A stretch of DNA of 20,000 nucleotides from NCBI GenBank assembly GCA_003344405.1, contig NOWV01000138.1, forward strand, positions 183,557 through 203,556, read 5' to 3'. Position numbers and translations under genes: made by a program. Below are positions 11,537-20,000 of this stretch, piece after piece. The notes below the pieces were generated by a model. That model was not told the DNA's origin and searched no databases. It saw only the letters and a list, made by a program, of their open reading frames with translations. Position 1 is the stretch's first letter. The number at the start of each line of letters is the position of its first letter. Origin of the DNA: Trichoplax sp. H2 (lineage: Eukaryota).

Positions 11537-14500
11537 CTATATTAAAATAAAGTTGTTATTAATCATGCAGTAGAATTATCAACTGCTACATCTAGTACTG
11601 TATAATGAAAGCTGTCAAATAGACACTACTTTTGCTCTAGAATATTACGAAATAGTAATGCTGCCAATAGTGGCAGCCAAATTTTGATCGAAAGGATAAT
11701 ACCAAAACTAACAAACCTTCGTGATATATACTATCAGATTCTTCTAATTGCTCTTGGCTAGCAGATAGATTTGCACTATTTCGATCGTCGAAGTCCGCTG
11801 GGGATGGCATTGGACCGTATCGATCTGCATGATACAGTCCTGGGCGAGACCCAACCTGACTGTCATCTTCAGGTATTTCATCACGGTACAGTCCGTTATC
11901 ATCGTTATCATCAGCGACTTCATCAGGCTCAGCTATACCATTGTTTTGGAATTCATCGTCATGATTAGGAGAGTTTCCATTGGTTAGATTCTTGATTTCA
12001 CGAGACAATACAAGAGCATACAAATTAATCGTAATTTAAATTCTTAATTTTATAATATTGACAGTGATGTGGTTTTAGACTTAAATCTATGGACTACTAT
12101 GAAACTTACTGTATTTATTACACCGTCAGAGGTACTCGTTGAAGATATCGCTGTCGGTCTGCGATTTCCAGCACTGACAATTTTTTCATCAATATTTACG
12201 TCTATTATTATTAAATATCAAAAAAATTTTTGCATAAATTTTTTTCATTCTATTAGAACGAAATGGCAATTCATAGGTAAATGAACATAGAACCCGTCCG
12301 ATTGTTGTTACGAAATATCGTACATGTGGATTAGTTTTTCATGCTATAGTAATACTTTAAGCAAAATTTCTACATTGATTCTACTAAACTGATAGTCAAA
12401 ATAACTAACGAATGAGATATATAACTGCCATCATATTAACAACAATAGCGCATCGTCAAATCTAAGTAAAGAAATAATTCGGTATAGTCTCTAACAGAGG
12501 GAAATTGACATATTTGCTAAGCTTTACGCTAATATTACAAAATGTATAATTTAATACCGCTATTTTCGACTGTAATTGATCTTTCTTCTCTTCCATTAGC
12601 TACCGCAAGATGTGCCAACTGTGCCTGGAAAAGTCGTTGACTTTTACACAATTCCGTTAAATCTTTTGTCCTGTTGGAAAATAATAATTTTAAAACTTGT
12701 CATGATTGTTTTGCTATGCACGGGTAGTCATTGTTCATAGTTGACTGCTTGAGCATCGCATATAGCCTTGCAACTTACTTTTTGCTATCTACAATAAAGA
12801 ATGTTAGCTCGCCGATTTTTGAATCACTGTGAGGCCGAATTCGAAGCCTCTTTTTCTATAGCAACATAAAATCGAAATTCAAGATCTAAAAGACGGGCTT
12901 AATTTTAACGTAACATGTATCCTACATCAAAGTTAAATTGCTGCTATAGCATGAAATAGATTTATGGCGTACTTTACAAATTTTAATAAATTTCTATTCA
13001 TTAAACAATACCTCAAGGCTTAGCTTTCCGATATCGTTCCAATCACTACGATATAATTCACGTTTGGATTGGCTTCGAATCTATTACACGAAAGAAAAAT
13101 ACCTCTTTAGCAGCAAAATTTTGACGAGAAAGTTAGTTTTGAACGAATTATTAACAGCACAACATGGCACAGTTCAATTTTAACCAATTGTGATGTTGTG
13201 TTGTTTAAGCAAAGACAGTCACATGTCTGCAATTGTCTTGTGCCAATATTATAAAAAGAATTCCAAGAAATTTAACGAAACAATATTTATTTTTACTTCA
13301 AATACAAACCTCATGAACTAATAATCCACGAGCACCAATGCCGAGCCATACTGATGGTTTCTTATCAGTCTTATTCTATTTACGGTATATAAATATAATG
13401 CAATTAGCTAATACTGAAAATCAATACATAACAGGCCTAGTACGAAATTAAGTACTGAAAGTGTTCAGGACTTACCTTTAGCAGTTGATAAAAGTGATAA
13501 CCGTAGTCTTGTAGGGCTGTTACTTCCTGTTGGTTTATTAATTAAAATCGATAATTGAGAGTCTTTTATCATCAAATTACTTAAGCTATCAGCTAACGCA
13601 ACTAACCTGGATATAGAGAAATTTGGCCTTTTTACGAGACATGCCTAAGTGATCACGATGTACATTAGGTAAATAGCGTAAAATAAAATTTCTTGATCTA
13701 GTCTCGATGACCTATAAATGAATTCCAAATAGCTTGTATGAGTGCAAGATTTGTAACATATTGGAATAATTTCATCTCTTTTTCGTCCGTCATAGACATA
13801 GTGCAATTTTAAGTATAATATAATCAATAAAAATTTCTATCAGATCCGATATCAATTGCAGTTTGTACGGATATTTCACTAAAACATTTAACGTTTTAGA
13901 TTACATTGCATTGTATAAGTTACAGAAAATATTTCTATATATAAATTAGTTACCCATGGTGGAAAGTACTGTTCTGGATCGAAGTATTCTCCTGAACAGT
14001 TTGTAAAATCACCAAAATCTGCTTGTAGCGCATAAGAGGCCAATTTAAAGCACAATTCTTCGGTACAAGAAATGTAGCACCGAACGATATTTTTTTTCAA
14101 CTGCAAATAGTATTGATTTCTGGTAGTATCTTCCCTAGTTGATTAAGGATTTAATATGAACGTTACATATTGCATAGATAGGATATTTGGCTAGAAATCG
14201 TACAGTAGTACCATTAACCGTATACAACGGATAGAAAATATTTCAATCTTAAGAATACGCTTAACTGGTGATTATGACTGTGCTATCTCATATACCGTAT
14301 TATCATTGTTAGCCAGTAAATTGAATTTAAGTAATAAAATTTGTTAATTTCCAAATGCGCACAATACATTACATTGCATTACGTCGAAAGAATAAGTTAT
14401 ACCAGATACGTATTGTCTAACAGGCATAGTAAACAAACATTTCCCCTATTTCTACATTAGAAATAATAAATATAGGAGCTATCGCGAGAGACTTACTGAA

Positions 14501-16501
14501 TTTTCGTAACACTATCGGTATAAAATTGGACACGAAAATATAAGATGAATCCTGTTGAAGGATCTTTAGATACCTAAATGTTGAAGACGTTATATTTTAT
14601 TCTTTTGAACAAATTAACTGCGGTGCAGGAAGTTAACAAAGATTATACTTTGAGAAAAAGCATAGTTAACGAGGATTAAAATTGATCACTTGATTACCTC
14701 TCCTTTTACTTTGCTAGGAGCATATTTAGATATTCTCTCGTTTAAATCAATTAAATAGTGCTCTCCATCTGTTGAAGATTTTATGGCGACCATATCGGAT
14801 GATGACGAAAGAAAAGATGAAAAAAATTGAATAAGTATGCTGTGTAAATCTGACTTCATCTGGAAATTATTGTTTTGTAAATGTAGGATTAATATCTATG
14901 CGGCTGTTGTTATCATTGAAAAGGCTACAATATTTGGTAATAATATAGAACGCTGGCGTTATAGCATATTTTACAATAAATGCCGCCAAATTATTTAAGT
15001 ATGATTGGCGAATCATTGTTATAAAATTGTTTAAATTGCTTCCTAATCATTTCAATCTATTAGAAAATATTTATTTCATCTCTAGTGATAGTAATAAAGT
15101 AAGATATCACCGGTTATCAATTTCGGCATTTTGATCTTAATTAAAAGAGTCAAAACAAGGATAACATGCATGGTATGCTGGAATTTACAATAAGTCTAGG
15201 AAACAGTGATGTTAATGCTATGATAGGTAAGGTTGTACATTTAAGAAAGAGATGGAGGTACTAAAGAAAAAATTTTTCCAGTCCAATTAAGACATGGCGA
15301 ATTTTAGAGCTATTGCTGATAGTTCAATCAATGATAGTGGGAGAGATGTACTGTAATCTTTCCTATTTTCGTAGTCTAAGCACTCACTATAAATAAAATA
15401 GTTTGTAGAACAGATTAATTATCAGAAATATATTTTTACGTTAAAATAAAAAGGGTTTTCTTTATAGTGAAAATTGTGTTGTTTGTGACGTCTAGAGATT
15501 GAGACGATAATGGCAAGTCTAAGATTGAGCTATTTTCAATTTATAGAACTATGCTTACCTCGAAGTTGAGTTAAACCAAATAAGTAAGTTTCACGTATTG
15601 ACAATGAGGAAGCAATACGTTCAAGAAGGTCCTTTCCTGTTGTTTTATTCTAAAGAAGATAAATTAAAATGATAATCTAAATAGGCTTATAGATATCATT
15701 CCGATCTACATTCACATCTTGGCAGATTAACGATAGTGTGATATAACTAACGAGCGAGCAAATGATAATCAATTAAAAATCGACTGTAGAACGCTGACAA
15801 TTTACTCGACTATGGTCTAATTACTATGACGCCTATACTACTCATACGAGATGAATCTAGATCAATTCTAGGAATTTATATTAGCACTGTATTCAATTTA
15901 ATTTTAGCCATTTATCAGTTATCCTAAGGCAAAATTTATTGAAGGGCTAAGGAGTTACCGATTGCGTTGGTTATACTACTGTACTGTATGGTATATAGTT
16001 GAGGAACAAGCAACTATTGTATGCTGTTGGTTACTGCAGTATAGATGATGAACTTTTATTTTCACAAATTAAATCTAGTCATTATTCATCACTAGTTTTT
16101 TGATGTATGCAGTACATCTCCTTTACATGTATTTAATCATCAAATGAGATCTATTTTATCTTGTTATGTGATACAGCAGAAGAATTGAATACGCTAGATA
16201 AACCAGTAGAATTTGTAACATACGAGTACTGTACATTATAGCGTGATTGTACTGCATAGCATCGCTCAAGGCAAAAAAATTGGAATGTTATATAAGGTTA
16301 ATAGTGTTAATGGAATACAGTAGATTATCGTTTAACGGAAATAAGATAGCTTTACTAGAAAGTAGGCGTTATTCAAGTGGCGATAATTCATGGAATCAAT
16401 ATAAATAACTGCAAAGGAGTCGTACTTACATCATATGGAAATTTTTGAGCGTCATCTTTTAAAAAGACGATAGTGATAAATTTCGGTTGTGAGCCTCGCA
16501 T
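10749..16501 (-). CDS. FRMD6: FERM-domain protein, Expanded/FRMD6(Willin)/FRMD1 family; 14 coding exons, 2127 nt, 708 aa
   Basis: Manual model: complement(join(10749..11536,11717..11990,12110..12201,12558..12670,12779..12855,13012..13080,13310..13375,13476..13526,13607..13711,13954..14134,14497..14573,14698..14768,15559..15649,16430..16501)). All introns are GT-AG and all phases are consistent. The peptides LFGLTQLRDGEHYLIDLNERISKYAP, LYFRVQFY, QYYLQLKKNI, LASYALQADFGDF, YFDPEQYFPPWV and WNDIGKL match my recollection of FRMD6/Expanded FERM domains. The orthology label needs a phylogeny. Confidence 0.88.
11717..11990 (-). CDS. FERM gene exon 13 (acidic, low-complexity region)
   Basis: Lies within ORF 11637..12023. 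Acceptor atcaag| (weaker AAG type) and donor GAAG|gtttgt. Confidence 0.75.
12110..12201 (-). CDS. FERM gene exon 12 (DVNIDEKIVSAGNRRPTAISSTSTSDGVINT)
   Basis: taatag| ... ACA|gtaagt; phase 1 to 0, open frame. Confidence 0.78.
12558..12670 (-). CDS. FERM gene exon 11 (TKDLTELCKSQRLFQAQLAHLAVANGREERSITVENS)
   Basis: caacag| ... G|gtatta; F3 terminal helix; the donor is less certain than the acceptor. Confidence 0.83.
12779..12855 (-). CDS. FERM gene exon 10 (KKRLRIRPHSDSKIGELTFFIVDSKK)
   Basis: ctatag| ... AA|gtaagt; phase 0 to 2. Confidence 0.88.
13012..13080 (-). CDS. FERM gene exon 9 (IRSQSKRELYRSDWNDIGKLSLE)
   Basis: taatag| ... GAG|gtattg; F3 'W..I.KLS' motif. Confidence 0.9.
13310..13375 (-). 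CDS. FERM gene exon 8 (NKTDKKPSVWLGIGARGLLVHE)
   Basis: aaatag| ... GAG|gtttgt; F3 'WLGI..RG' motif. Confidence 0.92.
13476..13526 (-). CDS. FERM gene exon 7 (EVTALQDYGYHFYQLLK)
   Basis: caacag| ... AAG|gtaagt; L..YG.HF motif at the F2/F3 boundary. Confidence 0.93.
13607..13711 (-). CDS. FERM gene exon 6 (VIETRSRNFILRYLPNVHRDHLGMSRKKAKFLYIQ)
   Basis: ttatag| ... CAG|gttagt; phase 0-0. Confidence 0.93.
13954..14134 (-). CDS. FERM gene exon 5 (EDTTRNQYYLQLKKNI...ALQADFGDF...YFDPEQYFPPW)
   Basis: aactag| ... TGG|gtaact; FERM F2 lobe; overlaps ORF 13888..14106. Confidence 0.95.
14497..14573 (-). CDS. FERM gene exon 4 (VSKDPSTGFILYFRVQFYTDSVTKIQ)
   Basis: atttag| ... CA|gtaagt; LxFRVQFY motif. 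Confidence 0.93.
14698..14768 (-). CDS. FERM gene exon 3 (DGEHYLIDLNERISKYAPSKVKGE)
   Basis: caacag| ... GAG|gtaatc; phase 1 to 0. Confidence 0.9.
15559..15649 (-). CDS. FERM gene exon 2 (NKTTGKDLLERIASSLSIRETYLFGLTQLR)
   Basis: ctttag| ... G|gtaagc; contains the FERM F1 'E..LFGL' motif. Confidence 0.93.
16430..16501 (-). CDS. FERM gene coding exon 1 (MRGSQPKFITIVFLKDDAQKFPYD)
   Basis: ttacag|ATG ... GAT|gtaagt; start of the FERM F1 lobe. Confidence 0.85.
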
Positions 16502-18385
16502 CTGTAATGACGATAAATAAAGAAATGGATGATGATGTTTGCTGTTACCATTTATTCGATTTAGTTTACAGATGTTAACGTACTCGGAATTTCAGTTTGC
16601 TTATTCAATCAAGAAAACGTTTTAAAGGCACAGTAAAATAATTGTAAGGAGTCAATGATAAAATGAAAGCAGTTGTTACGAGTTCTAGTTTGTACAATGT
16701 TTTCGGAAATCCTAGTATAAATGGCTTAAGAAAATTTTCAATTTTTATCGTGAGAGATGTATCGTTGTCAATTTTTTCCACGGATTATACTTCAATGTTT
16801 AAAAGCAAAGTAATGCTTGATTAAGTCTTCAACTTGACATCGATCATACACCAGGTTGTCAAAAAATTGGATGAATTTCGATATGGTAAATCACTTGCTG
16901 TACCAGAAGTGTGGTGGCACGATGAGTACTAATCACTAGACCAATGTCAATCGATTCTTAAAACAGAGAGCCCTATCCGATGAAGGGATATATCACAGAG
17001 GGAAAACTCTTCTTTTTTTTTTTTCAATCTATCTTAATTAATACGCAGTATTATGAAAAATTTACTGTTTGACAGCAAAGGCGATTGCAGCCATACAATA
17101 ACGGAATGACAATGCATACAGTTATTTTCAGAGACGGCATCCAAGTTGGTTCTCCATGGGGGAAGTTATTAACCTTTTCTTTATTGACAAGGTAATAATG
17201 TCTGAAAAATCATAAAACACGCAGCTTGGTCCTCCCTATAGCATTCCAGCTACAGAAATTGGCTAACGTACTATCGACTTTTTTGTTCACTGTCAGTACC
17301 AGTAAAATAGGTCAAAAAATAGTGCGTATCGACTGTCCTCTATCTTACACGACCGTATTAGTCAAGGAATTGCCTAGCGGGATATCAACTGCTTCACTTA
17401 TTATTTCAATTGGACAAGTTCCAATATTGAAAAGATTGACTTTAGTTGGAATTGGAAAAGAGTAAGCTCCAAGGGTTGCCTTCTAACATAGGCAGCCATT
17501 TTGGCAAAATACGACTCCATTAATTCAATGATGAGAGGATTGAATTATTGACTACGACATTATTGACTTACTACTTTGTAGACGGATAGACATCATACGC
17601 GTATATAAATAATTTCGGTATTTTTTTCTTTGAACAATACAAGCTTGTCCAGGGATCATTTCAATTTCACTAAGGTGTAGTTCCATTTCATTGAAAATGT
17701 GAGAAATAGAGTAAAAAAATTGAGGAAGGAATGGCTGAAAACTACCGGTCCCCCAACATTTCACTGACAATCATTTTTTATTTATGTCATATCGATGGTG
17801 AAGTCAGTTGGCAGTCGTTGCCCCCTACGACGAGTCAATCGTTCTCGGACTTCCACTAGTGGTTTCCCATGAAAGGACAATCAAGAAATGGGATGTAGGA
17901 ATGGACTACCAAAGTGCAAAAGTGAATTTAATATAGAAAATCAAGCAGATTGGTATTCCTCTATATTGCATGATCAAGGTCAACTGGTCCCTGATGATGA
18001 GTAATTTCTAATTAAGCCATTTCTGTTTGGGATACAAGACTTGAACGAGAAAAACACGGCAATTAATCTTCTCCATCACCTGTGGTGTCCTATCATGGGT
18101 ATGAGGAGGACTGTATCATAGTGTAGACACCGACGACCGATTAGGAGGATGTGGATACACACCGTCTCGACTTCAATGCGCTCTCACTTGTCAAAGTTAT
18201 TGTACAACACGGAAAGAAATACTAAGCCAGTAATGGTAGTTTAATGGTTACACAAGTATATTCAATGAGTAGTAAAATCAATCAGAAAGCATCCAAGGTG
18301 TTATATAAAAATAAATAAAATCAATAAAACCAAAGGAAAAATGGTCATGATGCGCGACGCGATACAGTGTTGCAATGAATCTTAC

Positions 18386-18600
18386 CTTGACAGATTTAAG
18401 CTAATGATACTGTAGGTGATAACAACGATAGCCAACTACATTTAGGATAAACGCACTTAGTCTATCTCGATGATCGTATTGGATTCGCTTTAAAAGACGA
18501 CAGTTATTCTTTCATTGGGCTTAATTTCTTGGATTAAATTGCAGTTTTTGGCGTGTCAGTTTGTGTTGAAATGGTCAATGTTTGAATTTCGCTTTCTTGA
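18386..18600 (-). other. Putative non-coding 5' UTR exon of the FERM gene (5' boundary unknown)
   Basis: The ATG exon is preceded directly by an acceptor (ttacag|ATG), implying an upstream exon. There is a consensus donor AAG|gtaaga at 18386/18385, and an in-frame TAG just before it makes the exon non-coding if it splices directly. Confidence 0.4.
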
Positions 18601-18645
18601 ATTTACTGCCAATTTGTAGATTGCTAGCGTACCGCACGGTAGGGC

Positions 18646-18946
18646 GTACACTGTACAGTATCGTTTTCAGTGCAGTGCGGCATAGCGATGCAGTGACGAA
18701 CACCACGCACAGTGTACAGTACTGTAGTACAGAATCAACACTGTACTGTACACTGTACACTGTATCAGTACAGTACATTCTAGAAGTATTTACAGTACAT
18801 TACCGTACTGTACACTGTAGACAGACCTTATAGTACTGTACTGTTTAGCTACAGCGCAGTCCTTGCAAAAAAGTGTAGTGTGCAGTACTGTACGGTACTA
18901 CTGTATGTGCACTACTGTACCGTACTGTATGACATAATACTGTACA
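18646..18946. repeat. Low-complexity palindromic array of TACTGTA/TACAGTA/GTACAC words
   Basis: Read directly, e.g. TACAGTACTGTA at 18715..18726 and CTGTACTGTACACTGTACACTGTA starting at 18741. Confidence 0.85.
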
Positions 18947-19284
18947 AGGAACACCAGAGTCTGTAGTGTGGGCATGTTTATACACCTGTTTTCTCTAATG
19001 TGCCGCATCCGCCTTTTCGAGAAATGACTAGTCTATCGTATCGAACTTCGGCCAGTAAGGCATAGTGATGCATTGGCCATTTTGATACTACACCAAAGAC
19101 AGTTAATGTTGAACTGTTTTTCTTTCCTCTACCTCTATCATTTACAGATGGACTAGACTGGTCACGGTACGATGCGGTTATGGACCACACCCGTTTTTGC
19201 TTATTTCCCGACTTTTGAAGCGTGATGTCATTGACTCAGTGGTGAAGTCAAGCCATCAATCTAATACAGACGTACAGACTGCAG

Positions 19285-20000
19285 ACAAACCTGAATGTTT
19301 GATAGACAAGGACTGTTAGGAGTAAGCATGAAGCAACGTATCATTTCTACATATAAAAAATCATACTGTGCCTTCAAGAGGTAATGGGAAGTTTTGACTA
19401 AAAGGAAAGAGTCCAACTAGAAAGGAACAGACTCAAGCAGCCATAAAATGGAATGATTAAGCGAATGCAGTGCAGTAACACTACATTATGAAACAGATAC
19501 AGTAGTTGACAGATGTACAAACCCTGAATGTTTGATAGACAAGGACTGTAAGCCGTAAGCATGAAGCAGGGTATCATTTCTACATATAAATCATCATACT
19601 GTGGCTTCAAGAGGTAATGCGAGGTTTTGACTAAAAGGAAAGAGTCCAACTAGAAAGGAACAGATTCAAGCAGCCATAAAATGGAATGATTAAGCGAATG
19701 CAGTGCAGTAACACTACATTATGAAACAGATACAGTAGTTGACAGATGTACAAACCCTGAATGTTTGATAGACAAGGACTGTAAGCAGTAAGCATGAAGC
19801 AACGTATCATTTCTACATATAAATCATCATACTGTGGCTTCAAGGAGTAATGGGAGGTTTTGACTAAAAGGAAAGAGTCCAACTAGAAAGGAACAGACTC
19901 AAGCAGCCATAAAATGGAATGATTAAGCGAACGCAGTGCAGTAACACTACATTATGAAACAGATACAGTAGTTGACAGATGTACAAACCCTGAATGTTTG
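19285..20000. repeat. Tandem array of a 233-bp unit, at least 3 copies, truncated by the window end
   Basis: ACCCTGAATGTTTG recurs at 19521, 19754 and 19987, with a variant near 19288. The copies are highly similar. Confidence 0.96.

Noticed and set aside
10898..13827. ORFs 10898..11098, 11043..11300, 11771..11968, 12069..12284 and 13645..13827
   Set aside because: Wrong-frame or antisense overlaps of the FERM gene exons and introns.
17174..17201. Possible 28-nt minus-strand UTR micro-exon (tttcag|...AAG|gttaat)
   Set aside because: Supported by splice-like signals only, which is insufficient without transcripts.
17985..18060. CTGATGA as a hammerhead core or C/D snoRNA box
   Set aside because: No supporting stems, properly placed GAAA, or D box were found.
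18575..19882. ORFs over the TACTGTA array and the duplicated 83-aa ORFs in the 233-bp repeat
   Set aside because: By-products of low-complexity or tandem sequence. The 233-bp period shifts the frame and the starts are mostly non-ATG.

Overview
AT-rich eukaryotic (metazoan) genomic DNA with short GT-AG introns. The composition and gene compactness are consistent with an early-branching invertebrate such as a placozoan, but that is inference only. The window holds two convergent protein-coding genes. (1) On the + strand, a membrane-anchored GH13 alpha-glucosidase of the maltase/rBAT (SLC3A1)-like group. Its TM anchor and whole catalytic domain lie in one exon (5057..6877), with a probable first coding exon at 2967..3044. 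(2) On the - strand, a 14-exon FERM-domain gene (16501..10749, 708 aa by manual splicing) of the Expanded/FRMD6 (Hippo pathway) family, mostly missed by the ORF track. Non-coding features are a ~200-bp tandem array with internal hairpins in the putative GH13 intron, a 130-bp tandem duplication, a dense TACTGTA/TACAGTA palindromic array just upstream of the FERM gene, a cluster of TEAD-type MCAT motifs in its 5' introns, and a 233-bp tandem array running off the window end. I found no prokaryotic-type system, CRISPR array, tRNA/rRNA or transposase.
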